Source: an uncultured Thermoplasmatales archaeon (GTDB taxonomy: Archaea; Thermoplasmatota; E2; DHVEG-1). Taken from it: 64,000 bases of DNA. Shown in pieces: positions 38,504-49,100 of the stretch (position 1 is its first letter; each line of letters begins with the position of its first letter). The stretch is from contig CAYFVP010000126.1 of NCBI GenBank assembly GCA_964346655.1, forward strand, positions 7,877 through 71,876, given 5' to 3'. The translations under genes and the position numbers were made by a program. Under the pieces are notes generated by a model. That model saw nothing but the letters and a program-made list of their open reading frames with translations. It searched no databases and was not told the origin of the DNA.

Positions 38504-39277
38504 TTAATTAGGTTTTCCATTGCCTTGTCCTTTGCCTTTGTTTTTCAAATTATCAACTGATAAATGAGCGTTTATTTTTTTCTTAATATTTTCTTTTTTT
38601 ATTTCAGTAAAAATTTCAAATTTCCTTTCTTTATTCATCTGGTTTATAGTCTTACTAATTCTAATTTTTACCTCAGCAAGTGTAACATTTCCATTTAAAT
38701 AATCATTAACAAAAGAGTTGTTTACCTCTCCAATAATACCATATAATTTATATAACTGATTTCTGTTGAATTGTTTAATTTTGTTTCTTATTATTTTACT
38801 ATAGTTTATTAACTCTTGACTTACCATTTCTCTGATTCTTTCTTTAATTTCTCTTAATTTTTCGCCGGTTAATATTTCTTTAATTAATTCCCTAAATTGC
38901 GATGTTAAATTTTTTGCTTCACCCTTAAATTCAACAAATAATTGAACCGATTCATTAGAACTTGTATTTACTTCTTTAACATCTTCTAGTAAATTTTTCA
39001 TTTCAAAAAGTATCGATTCTAAAGTGCTTATGTTATATTCAAGACCCTTTAATACTTCAACAGCCATTTCTCCTTTTAATATGTTTTTAATTATTGCTTT
39101 TTGAAGTTGCAATAATCTTATTTCAGCTCCTAATGAATTATTCATTATTTCTATTTCTTGTTCTGTTTCATTATCTATATCTGGATTTTCATTTTCACCA
39201 GCTTCATCTGCATATGCTAATGATGAAATTGAAATAATTATCACCAGCATAATTATTAGATTTGATATTTTTTTCAT
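38504..39277 (-). CDS. Secreted coiled-coil protein
   Basis: 257 aa; signal peptide; heptad-rich; C-term 'KGKGQGNGKPN'. Confidence 0.4.
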   Translation of the reverse strand: MKKISNLIIMLVIIISISSLAYADEAGENENPDIDNETEQEIEIMNNSLGAEIRLLQLQKAIIKNILKGEMAVEVLKGLEYNISTLESILFEMKNLLEDVKEVNTSSNESVQLFVEFKGEAKNLTSQFRELIKEILTGEKLREIKERIREMVSQELINYSKIIRNKIKQFNRNQLYKLYGIIGEVNNSFVNDYLNGNVTLAEVKIRISKTINQMNKERKFEIFTEIKKENIKKKINAHLSVDNLKNKGKGQGNGKPN

Positions 39278-39382
39278 ATTATCAACACCTTTTCAATTTT
39301 TTGACCTTAGTAATCTATTCAGTGAAACAACTTATTAATTTTCACCGGAAAAGGCGGAACAAACCGGAACAAATACTAAAAA

Positions 39383-40144
39383 TTATAGTTTTTTAATTCT
39401 TATTAAATTGGACATACCAATTTGTTCTTTTTCAATTAATCCTCTGAGCTCTAAACCTCGAATATTTCTGGACACAGCAGCTTTTGGAATATTTAATTCC
39501 TTTTGGATTTCAGTCTGTGTTAAAGGGATATTTTTATCAATTAACAAATTCATAATTTCTTTTTGTCGATTGTTTAGACCCTTAAAACTGTTAATATTTG
39601 CTTTTGGTATCCTATCTTTTATTTTTTCTTTAATAATGAGCCAAACCAAAATAATGATTAAAACTATTATAGATATTAATAAAATAATAAATACTAAATC
39701 AAACTCCATTAATTGATTATCTGTTAATTTTTCTGTTTGATATTGAACTATTATAGAAAAAGATTCATTTTCACCAAATCCCTTAACCATTAAACTACCT
39801 TTTTCTTCTTCAATGCTAATAAAACCTGAAGATTTTATGTAATTTATTGATGATTCTTTTGGTAAAGTTAATTCATAAATAAATTCAGAAAAAACTCCTT
39901 CTTTTGTTATATTTAATAGCCAATAGCTTTGTTTTTTTGATGTATAAATTTCTGTATCTTTTATTAATAAATCTAGATGATTAGTAATACCGTCAATTGT
40001 TATAAAACCAGAAGAGTCTACATCTATTTTTATATCTGCATAATATTTTTCTGCTGATATTGAAGGTATACAAATTATTGTCGATAAAATTAATAACGAA
40101 TATAAGAAAAAGATTTTTTTTGAAATAATTGATAATCCCATCAA
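39383..40144 (-). CDS. Single-pass membrane transcriptional regulator: extracytoplasmic N-domain, TM, C-terminal winged HTH
   Basis: 253 aa; TM 'LVFIILLISIIVLIIILVWLII'; C-term 'LNNRQKEIMNLLIDKNIPLTQTEIQKELNIPKAAVSRNIRGLELRGLIEKE'. Confidence 0.55.
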   Translation of the reverse strand: MMGLSIISKKIFFLYSLLILSTIICIPSISAEKYYADIKIDVDSSGFITIDGITNHLDLLIKDTEIYTSKKQSYWLLNITKEGVFSEFIYELTLPKESSINYIKSSGFISIEEEKGSLMVKGFGENESFSIIVQYQTEKLTDNQLMEFDLVFIILLISIIVLIIILVWLIIKEKIKDRIPKANINSFKGLNNRQKEIMNLLIDKNIPLTQTEIQKELNIPKAAVSRNIRGLELRGLIEKEQIGMSNLIRIKKL

Positions 40145-40372
40145 GATTCTTATAGATATCCAAATATAATAAATTAACTTTTAGTTTATTTTGTTAAGAA
40201 TATTTTGTAAAATTATTAAAGACCATATAGTTTTTTTAAAAAATGATCTATCTGTTAATAATTGAAATATAGTTTATCATTTCTTATTTGAAAAAAACCT
40301 ATTGTTATTCCCCCCAAAATGCTTATATAGATATTTAAACTACAAGCTCAAAATATCTGGGGGAAATATTGA

Positions 40373-40810
40373 ATGGAAAATATTAAGGAAGAAATTATTT
40401 ATTATCTATCAAAGAGAAAGTTTATAACAATTGCAACAACAACAAAAAAAGGTGAACCATTAACTCATACAGTGGCATATGTAAACAAAGGACCTACTGT
40501 TTATTTTTCTACTAGCAAACAAACACGAAAAGCAAAAAACATTACCAAAAATTCAAATGTTGCCTACTCAGTATATGACGCAGTAGAACATCTCGATGAA
40601 ATAAGGTCACTTCAGATGGAAGGCATTGCAACATTTGTTTCAAATAAAAACGAGTCAGAAAAAGCTTTGAAAATGTTAAAACAAAAATTTCCTTCCATGG
40701 CAAATTTTCAAATAGATTCAGATAATATAATTGTAAAAATAACTCCAAAAACCTGCTATTTTAGCGATTATACTAAGAGATTTGGATATAGAGACAAAAT
40801 AGATTTTTAA
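40373..40810 (+). CDS. Pyridoxamine-5'-phosphate-oxidase-like FMN-binding split-barrel protein
   Basis: 145 aa; 'ITIATTTKKGEPLTHTVAYV...VYFSTSKQTRKAKNI'. Confidence 0.65.
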   Translation: MENIKEEIIYYLSKRKFITIATTTKKGEPLTHTVAYVNKGPTVYFSTSKQTRKAKNITKNSNVAYSVYDAVEHLDEIRSLQMEGIATFVSNKNESEKALKMLKQKFPSMANFQIDSDNIIVKITPKTCYFSDYTKRFGYRDKIDF

Positions 40811-40853
40811 AAAATTTTTATTTAGTCTTTGGATTTGATTATTTACAAATTTT

Positions 40854-43652
40854 TTAAATCCGGAAATTTAGTATGATTTTAAGAATTAAATTAATCCTAT
40901 GATATGATTGAAATAACGATGTTAATAAAGAATTATATAAATATTTAGTTCTAGGAATAGTTACTTCCAGAGTTCCCCAATCACTTTCATATGTATAAGG
41001 ATCATGGGCTTTGGCTTTAATTATATATTTATCTTTTTCCTCCCATATATGATATGCTATAACCTCTGTTCCAGATGGAAAAACGTCAGTTTTATCAATT
41101 GTTCCATCTCCCCAATCAATGGTATAAAATAAATCATGGTTGTCCTCATCTGTTGAAACAAATGTATATTTATACATAATACCAGGTTTACCCTCACTAG
41201 AACCTTTTATTACAGGTGTACTTGGAGGATTACTTGGGTAACCATAGGGTTTCATAAATGGATATTTATCTTCACTTGAGCCTCCAGGGACATAGTACGG
41301 AGTATCACCTATCCCATCTTCATTAGAATCTGTTCCTATGTAATCATCCCAATAATTACCACCAGATGAATAATCATTATCCCATTGATTAGGATTACCT
41401 GTATCATATGCATTCTGATTGTTACGCATGAAATTATTATGATAAATTAAATTGTTATTTGAAGAACCACTTATTTTTAAACCTATATTATTATCAGTTA
41501 TATCAATATCACTAATAATATTAAAATCTGAATTAATCTCTATCCCTGAACCAAACTCGTCATCTCCGCTATTTCGAATAATAAAATTACTAACTCTTAC
41601 ACCTTCAGATAAAACAGTTAATACATTACCATTTCCCAAGCCATCTATTACAGGTTTTTTTTCACTTTCTCCAATAAGAACTATGGATTTATCGATTATT
41701 ATATCTATATCAGGAGTGTCAGCAGAATATTCTCCTTCATAAACAATAACATTTCCAGGACTCCCAACTACATCTATTGCATCTTGAATACTGTCAAAAT
41801 GATCAAATTTCCAACCAGGAGTAGAAGAGTTAAAATCGTCATCAACAAAAACATCAGTTGGATTCAAATTTTCAATAGCATCCAAGTCAAATCCAGGATT
41901 TGGTTCAGTAGCACTACCACTACCATCATCTTTTATTTTTATAAAACGAGCACTATCAACTCTTATATCTTCAAGATCAAAATTTGTAGTTCCAGACCCA
42001 GTTCCAAGTTCTGTCCATGATCCATCCCAATTATTTGATACATATACAATATAACCATCTGAAGTTGCATCTCCCTCATAAACAGTAAAATCATCCCCTT
42101 TACAATTAAAAATCCTACCAACTTCACCCATATCTAAGACAATTGTTCCTCCAACACCTAAAGATGCAAACTCATTATCTGGAGGACCAAGAGCAGATAT
42201 TGCTTCTGTAGGATTATTCTGAAAATTATTTGGATAATTATAAGGATCATAAAAATTTACCCAAGTAACCTGTTCTGCATAACGACTTCCTCCACGTGTC
42301 ATTTCAATATTAAGGACTGATGGCCCTGATCCAGAAATAGTTACTTGATGCTCTTGCTCTTCATAACCGTTTGCTCTAATTATAACATTGTATGTTCCAG
42401 GTAAAAGAGGTTTATGATAATCACCTATTTTTGGATCGGTAAAACAAGGCCAATATGCTTCCTCAACCCAAATAGTTGCTGCAATAGGTAGGCCTGTTTC
42501 AGAGTCAGTGATAATTCCAGTAAGACCCATATCTGCTGCTTCAATAATATCTAACATACCATCTCTATTTTTATTCCAAACATAAGGAATATTTGAATTT
42601 TCAGTTTCAATGGTCCAGTCAATATCGCCTCTGCACCCATAGCTGAAATCGTTGGTGTCGCCTCGAGTTTGATACCAATCATATCCTTCAATTACCACAT
42701 AATCATTATAGGTTCCGTATTGGTTAGAAAGATGAACAACAACATCATTGTCTGCAACAGGTTCTCCTTTATAATTCCAAATATAGTTAATGTATTTAGC
42801 CGTAGTATGATAAGATAAAGAAAACACAAAATTATTATCAAGTGCATGTTCTCTAATTGCCTGAGTTTCAGGTTGAGAGAAAGGGCTAGGACTACCGCCA
42901 GCTCCACCCCATAAATATCCATAGTCTCTGTTTAGATCAACATAATTTGCATTACTCCTTCTTAAAACCTCTCTACCATCAGGATTGACCATGGGAATAA
43001 TCCAAGTTTCACGGTTATCAACAAGATTTTTTATTCTTGAATTGCTATCATAGTTTTCCACCATGTGCCATGCAAGAAGTAATGGCAATTCAACAGACAT
43101 TATTTCATTTCCATGATGGCATCCACAAATTCTTACCTCTGGTTCATTTTCTTCTATTTCTGGATTATCAGTGATTTTAAGACCCCAAATTGTTCTATCT
43201 TGAACACTACTACCTAAATCATAAAGAACCGCAATATCTGGATAGGTATTAGCGATATCTTGTAATTCAATAGTCAATTCAGAATATTTATGAAATTCTT
43301 CTAGTAATAAAGGATTTTCTTTCCAATCCATCATTTCAGCATAATCTTTAAATAAAATTATCGGATTCAAATTTTCTTTCTCAAGCCAAATTATATCATC
43401 ATTGGTTGCAAAAATTTTGACGTAATTATCATCTCTATCTATTATTGTAATACCATGATTAATTATTTTTCCTAAAGCAAAAGAATCAGACAATTCAACT
43501 TTAACAATAGCAGGATTTATGAAAATAAATGATTTATTATCAGTTTTATTAAAATTATTTTCTAAACCACTTGCAAAAGAAGCCGTTATCAAAAAAATTA
43601 TCAAAATAATTAATAAAAACTTATTGTTAATTCCAGAAGTTAATTTTTTCAT
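40854..43652 (-). CDS. Secreted M14-type zinc carboxypeptidase fused to right-handed beta-helix domain and C-terminal PKD-like module
   Basis: 932 aa; 'ICGCHHGNEIMS' HxxE zinc motif; 'NIGLKISGSSNNNLIYHNNFMRNN' beta-helix repeats; C-term 'YTIDWGDGT'. Confidence 0.6.
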   Translation of the reverse strand: MKKLTSGINNKFLLIILIIFLITASFASGLENNFNKTDNKSFIFINPAIVKVELSDSFALGKIINHGITIIDRDDNYVKIFATNDDIIWLEKENLNPIILFKDYAEMMDWKENPLLLEEFHKYSELTIELQDIANTYPDIAVLYDLGSSVQDRTIWGLKITDNPEIEENEPEVRICGCHHGNEIMSVELPLLLAWHMVENYDSNSRIKNLVDNRETWIIPMVNPDGREVLRRSNANYVDLNRDYGYLWGGAGGSPSPFSQPETQAIREHALDNNFVFSLSYHTTAKYINYIWNYKGEPVADNDVVVHLSNQYGTYNDYVVIEGYDWYQTRGDTNDFSYGCRGDIDWTIETENSNIPYVWNKNRDGMLDIIEAADMGLTGIITDSETGLPIAATIWVEEAYWPCFTDPKIGDYHKPLLPGTYNVIIRANGYEEQEHQVTISGSGPSVLNIEMTRGGSRYAEQVTWVNFYDPYNYPNNFQNNPTEAISALGPPDNEFASLGVGGTIVLDMGEVGRIFNCKGDDFTVYEGDATSDGYIVYVSNNWDGSWTELGTGSGTTNFDLEDIRVDSARFIKIKDDGSGSATEPNPGFDLDAIENLNPTDVFVDDDFNSSTPGWKFDHFDSIQDAIDVVGSPGNVIVYEGEYSADTPDIDIIIDKSIVLIGESEKKPVIDGLGNGNVLTVLSEGVRVSNFIIRNSGDDEFGSGIEINSDFNIISDIDITDNNIGLKISGSSNNNLIYHNNFMRNNQNAYDTGNPNQWDNDYSSGGNYWDDYIGTDSNEDGIGDTPYYVPGGSSEDKYPFMKPYGYPSNPPSTPVIKGSSEGKPGIMYKYTFVSTDEDNHDLFYTIDWGDGTIDKTDVFPSGTEVIAYHIWEEKDKYIIKAKAHDPYTYESDWGTLEVTIPRTKYLYNSLLTSLFQSYHRINLILKIILNFRI

Positions 43653-43750
43653 ATTACTCCCCTATTTTACTTAATATATAATATATTTATAATATAAAAA
43701 GGCTATTTCTTAATTTGAAATTTTAATTAAATAAAAAGGAATATGTTAAT

Positions 43751-45952
43751 TTATGATTGAAAGTGAAATATTATTTTAAATATTTCAGATATTTGAATTT
43801 GTTTTAATAGGAATTGAATGATTGCTTTATTATGTCTGATCTTGACTCTTGGAATAGTTACTTTTAATGTTCCCCAATCACTTTGTTCTCCATGACTATC
43901 CTCTGCTTGAGCTCTAATAGTAAAAGATCCTTCTTTTGTCCAGTTGTGCGAAGCATTAGCTTTTGATCCTGATGGAAAAACCCCTATTGCCTCTTCAATT
44001 CCATCTCCCCAGTCTATGTTATATGATAGATAATCGTTATCTATATCATTTGATACAAATGTATATTCATACTTAATACCTGGTTTTCCCTTATCAGGTC
44101 CATCAATTTCAGGTGTGCTTGGGGGATTGTTTATTTCAAAAATCTGAGCCCAAGTTGAATCACGAATAATTATCTCCTCTTGATCTATAACAGTTAAAAT
44201 AACAGTAAAGTTACCTTCGTTATCATAAGTATGTAATGGATTTTGTTCATTAGATGTTTCACCATCTCCAAAATCCCAAAGAAAATCATATGGTTCAGCA
44301 CCATTTTCTGCCGAACCTATGAATTGTATAGGATTACTAATAAAGCCTTGGTAAGGTCCATTTGCATCTACATTATAACCAATGATAGTAAAATCCGAAT
44401 CTGAAATTGCTATTGCACTCTCAGATGAGGTTGTAGCAATAATTTTAATTCTACAATTATCAGTTCCTCCTGCATCAACCAACCATTGATAACAGCCATT
44501 ATTAGGTAAATTATTAGCAATAGTCCTCCAGGAACCAGATTCACCATTTGTAGATACTTGGATTTCTATTGCCGAGTCATCTTGTGAAGGCGGAATTGCA
44601 GATAACCATCGAATATTACGAATAGATCCACTTCTAAATGTTTCTCCTCCATGAGGACTCGATATAAGAGCTGTTAGTTCAGTTGGTTCAAGCCATGGGG
44701 AAAAAGCCCTCAACACATTTTGATACGAAGGCCAACTACCCTGCTCCCCTTGTATAACAATGTCCTCGCGACCATCATGATCAAAATCACCATCAACAAC
44801 AAATGCAGAATAATAACCAGGTGAGGACATTGTAAATGTAGCATCTGATTCCCAATTACCATTTCCATCACCTAAATATACGGTACCAATAGGCGCATTA
44901 TATGCAATAATATCAAGAAAACCGTCTCCATCAATATCACCAAATTGTGGATAATAGGAACCACTATCAGGTAAACCATCTGATGCAGATACCCATTTGT
45001 CAGTTTGTTTATCAAACTTATAACATTTAACTCCTGAGGATCCTGGACCAAAAACTAAATCATCACAACCATCATTATTCATGTCTCCACAATCAATCCC
45101 ATTATAATTTCCACCTGGAAGACCTTCTTGATTCATTGTAAAATCAAAAGTGCCATCTCCAATAAAGACATAAGTTCCCCAACGAGTTCCAACAAAATCG
45201 GGATAACCATCGGAATTAAAATCACCTACCTCAAGGTTTTTGTAAACATTTCCATCTGTTAATGACCATTTATGACTCCATGTGCCATCTCCATGATTTT
45301 CATAACAATGATATCCATTGCAACAACCAAATGACATAGAAATGATATCAAGAAGACCATTACAATCAAAATCAGCCAGATCAGTTGAAAACATGCCCCA
45401 GGTTTCACCACCAGTACCAAGTCCTTCAGCCCATCCAATCCAATTAGATGTTGTTCCATCTCCTAATGCCGCACCTATTAATGTGTCACCAAAGCCTGGT
45501 TCTCCCCAATTATGATGTATGCCCCAGACTACATCAAGATAGCCATCTAGGTTAAGATCTCCGGCTTCAATACCGCCATAACCAAAATCACCAACTTGAA
45601 TAACAGACCAAATGCTATCTCCATCACCAAGCCATACCATAATTCCATGTTGAGCACTATTAACATAAGGTGATCCATGATCACCAACACATATAATATC
45701 TAAATGTCCGTCATTATTGATATCAGCAAGTTCTAATTCAGTACCCCCTCCCTCTTTTTCAGGTGTATCAAGTCCTGTTGATTTAGGTATTAAAGTCACA
45801 AGGTTGATAGATTTAATAAAATTATTCACCTCAAAATTTTTTTGTTGTGAAACGCTACTGAAACCATTTAAAGATAAAGTTGAGAGAAAAAACATTATAG
45901 TTAATATTATAATAATGTATTTTTTTATATTATTATTTTTCATGTTATACAC
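43751..45952 (-). CDS. Secreted FG-GAP/VCBS (integrin-alpha-like) repeat protein with C-terminal PKD-like module
   Basis: 733 aa; >=7 'DxNxDGxxD' repeats (DINNDGHLDI, LNLDGYLDV, DFNSDGYPDF, DMNNDGCDDL, DIDGDGFLDI, DFDHDGREDI); C-term 'YNIDWGDGI'. Confidence 0.7.
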   Translation of the reverse strand: MYNMKNNNIKKYIIIILTIMFFLSTLSLNGFSSVSQQKNFEVNNFIKSINLVTLIPKSTGLDTPEKEGGGTELELADINNDGHLDIICVGDHGSPYVNSAQHGIMVWLGDGDSIWSVIQVGDFGYGGIEAGDLNLDGYLDVVWGIHHNWGEPGFGDTLIGAALGDGTTSNWIGWAEGLGTGGETWGMFSTDLADFDCNGLLDIISMSFGCCNGYHCYENHGDGTWSHKWSLTDGNVYKNLEVGDFNSDGYPDFVGTRWGTYVFIGDGTFDFTMNQEGLPGGNYNGIDCGDMNNDGCDDLVFGPGSSGVKCYKFDKQTDKWVSASDGLPDSGSYYPQFGDIDGDGFLDIIAYNAPIGTVYLGDGNGNWESDATFTMSSPGYYSAFVVDGDFDHDGREDIVIQGEQGSWPSYQNVLRAFSPWLEPTELTALISSPHGGETFRSGSIRNIRWLSAIPPSQDDSAIEIQVSTNGESGSWRTIANNLPNNGCYQWLVDAGGTDNCRIKIIATTSSESAIAISDSDFTIIGYNVDANGPYQGFISNPIQFIGSAENGAEPYDFLWDFGDGETSNEQNPLHTYDNEGNFTVILTVIDQEEIIIRDSTWAQIFEINNPPSTPEIDGPDKGKPGIKYEYTFVSNDIDNDYLSYNIDWGDGIEEAIGVFPSGSKANASHNWTKEGSFTIRAQAEDSHGEQSDWGTLKVTIPRVKIRHNKAIIQFLLKQIQISEIFKIIFHFQS

Positions 45953-46151
45953 CTTCCTGATACTAAAATAAATGTTTAGTATGTATATAAATATTATTTT
46001 CTAAATTTATTAAATATTATATTTTCCCAAATGGGATAATTTAAGATAAGTAGAAAATATTAAATTTATAAAACTGTTATATTTTTTTGGGGGATTAAAA
46101 ATAACGAGAAAAATTACGTTTATTAAATGCTCTATTTTTACAATATCTTTA

Positions 46152-49100
46152 TTGCTATTTAGTGCTTGTGTCATTCCAGGTATTAATAGCAATATTAATA
46201 TAAATTATATTCAAGAAAGTAAACTTGAAATCATTAATAATCTTGGTATAAAGATAAACCAGATTCCAAATAACATTGGAGATATCAATTCATGGCCAAT
46301 GTTTCATCATGACCTTGAAAATACTGGATATTCGAACTCTATTGCACCTGATGCTGATGTTCTTAAATGGAGTTTTAGTTTAGGAAATAGCGTATCTTCT
46401 CCTGTTGTTACAAATGACAAGGTTTATGTTGGGGAATCAATGGGAAAGATGTATTGTTTAGATGCAGAATCTGGTAATGAAATTTGGAGTTATATATCAG
46501 ATAGTGGTATATATTTTTCTGCACCAGCAATTTATGACGGGAAGGTTTACATCCAAACAGCTGACGAGTTTATATGCTTAGATGCCAACACTGGTGATTT
46601 TATTTGGAGTTATTCACCATGTGGGGGATGGTCTTCTCCTGCTGTTATTGAAGGAAAGGTCTATTTTGGATCTGATAATAATAATGTATATTGTTTAAAT
46701 GCATACACCGGTGATAAAATATGGAATTATCAAACAGGCGGTAAAGTAAAATCCTCTCCAGCAGTTGTAAATGGAAAAGTATTCATCGGCTCAGATGATA
46801 ATTATGTCTATTGTTTAAATGCAAATTCCGGTAGCAAAATATGGAGTTTTCTAACAGGAAATTTAGTTGAATCCTCACCTGCTGTTGTCAATGGAAAAGT
46901 CTACATTGGTTCAGCTGATGCATATATGTATTGTATAGATGCTGAAACTGGTGATGAAATATGGAGCTATGCTCCGTGTTGTGTAAAGATCTCATCTCCT
47001 GCAATTGCCTATGGAAAGGTCTATGCTGGAACTACCTGTGAGGCTTCTGTGTATTGTTTAAACGCAGAGACAGGTGAGAAATTATGGCGTTTTCAAACAG
47101 GTGGTCATGTATGGTCTGCACCTGCGGTTGCTGATGGTAAGGTGTATGTAGGTTCATTAGATTCTAAAATATATTGTTTATTTGCAGAAACTGGTATTGA
47201 GATATGGAACTATCAGACAGGGGGAAATGTCATTACTTCTCCTGCAATTGCTGATGAAAAACTTTACATTAGTTCAAATAATGGAAAGATATATTGTTTT
47301 ACTAGTGAAAACCAACCTCCCGTTCCTCTTTTTGATTGGGAACCAGAATACCCAGAACCAGGCGAAATAGTAACCTTTGATGCATCAGACAGCTTCGACA
47401 CAGATGGCACAATTGTTTTATATGAATGGGATTGGGATAACGATGGAGCCTATGATGAAAGTCATACAACCTCCACAGCAACACATGTATGGTATGAAGT
47501 ATCTTTATATCCAGTTACCTTAAGAGTTACAGATGATGATGGTGCAACTGACACAAAAACAAAAATTGTCTTTGTTGGAATTATGCCTCCAGTTGCAGAT
47601 TTTACATGGACACCTGAAATACCTGAGCCTGATGAAACAGTAACCTTTGATGCATCAGACAGTTATGACGCAGATGGCACAATTGTTTTATATGAATGGG
47701 ATTGGGATAATGACGGAACCTATGATGAATCATATATTATCCCTACTGCAGAACATTCATGGCCAGAGGAAGGTAGCTATACAGTCAAACTAAGAGTTAC
47801 TGATGATGATGATTTAACCGATACATGTAAAAAAGTTATACATATAGGTGTTATCCCTCCAATTGCTGATTTTTCATGGTCGCCTCAGGTTCCACAATCT
47901 GGAAAGGTAGTAACCTTTGATGCTTCAGGTAGCTATGATCTAGATGGATTCATAGAACTATATGAATGGGACTGGGATAATGACGGAACATACGATGAAT
48001 CAAGTACTGTTCATATAACTCAACATACATGGTTTGAAACAGGTAACTATCCGGTAACATTAAAAGTAACGGATAATAGTAATGCATACGATACAGTAAC
48101 AAACATTATTCATGTAATAAACCGAGCCCCAATTGGAGATTTTAAATGGACACCAGCATACCCATTACCAGGCGAGATCGTAATTTTTGATGCATCAGGT
48201 AGCTATGATCCTGATGGTGTTATTGTCTTATATGAATGGGATTGGGATAATGATGGAACATTTGATGAATCTTCTACCACTCCGGTAGCAACTCGTAGTT
48301 GGGAGGAGAAAGGAAGTTATTACATTACCTTAAGAGTTACAGATAATAATGAAAAGATTGATAGAGTTACAAGAACAGTTAAGGTATCTGGAGAGATAAT
48401 AACTGAAGCTAACTGGGGAGATAGTAATTTTTCTGGTGATCCAGCAGGTTCGTTTTTGACATATAAATTACAAAAATGGCATGGCTATGAATCTTCAAAT
48501 AACAAGGCATGGTCGCAAGTTGATCTTAATGTTTGGTTTCCCAAATTTAGAAAAAATGTTTTTAATAAAATGGATAACACAGATCCTTTTCCAAAAATAC
48601 GATCAATAAATCTACCAATAATTCAAAAATTTACAAATTTCTTTTTAAAAATAATATCAAAACCAATTCAAAGGAGTAATCAAAATGTACATACCCTGAA
48701 ATTTGAAGAGAATGTAAAACTTAATAAAGCTGGAAGACAAGGTCTTTCATGGGCAAGTGTAGGGATAACATATACTCCTTCAAATACTGGAGATACACAA
48801 ATTACATTGAAAGGAAAATTGAAAGGTAAATTTACCACAGATATAATAACTGGATCAAAAGTCGATAACTGGGTTACGGCTAGCCTACATGTAGTAGAAA
48901 AAGATAGTTACATTCCAGAGGAAAATGAAGGAGAAAGCTGCGAACTCTTTTATTATAATTTTACATCAAATAAAAAAACTATTGATGTTGCATTAAATAA
49001 AGGATTTATTGTAAGTCTATCAGAGGGGAAAGAATATCTTATTTACCTAAAATTAAAAACATATGCATCTCTTTCACCAAAACGTCCAATATTAGATGGA

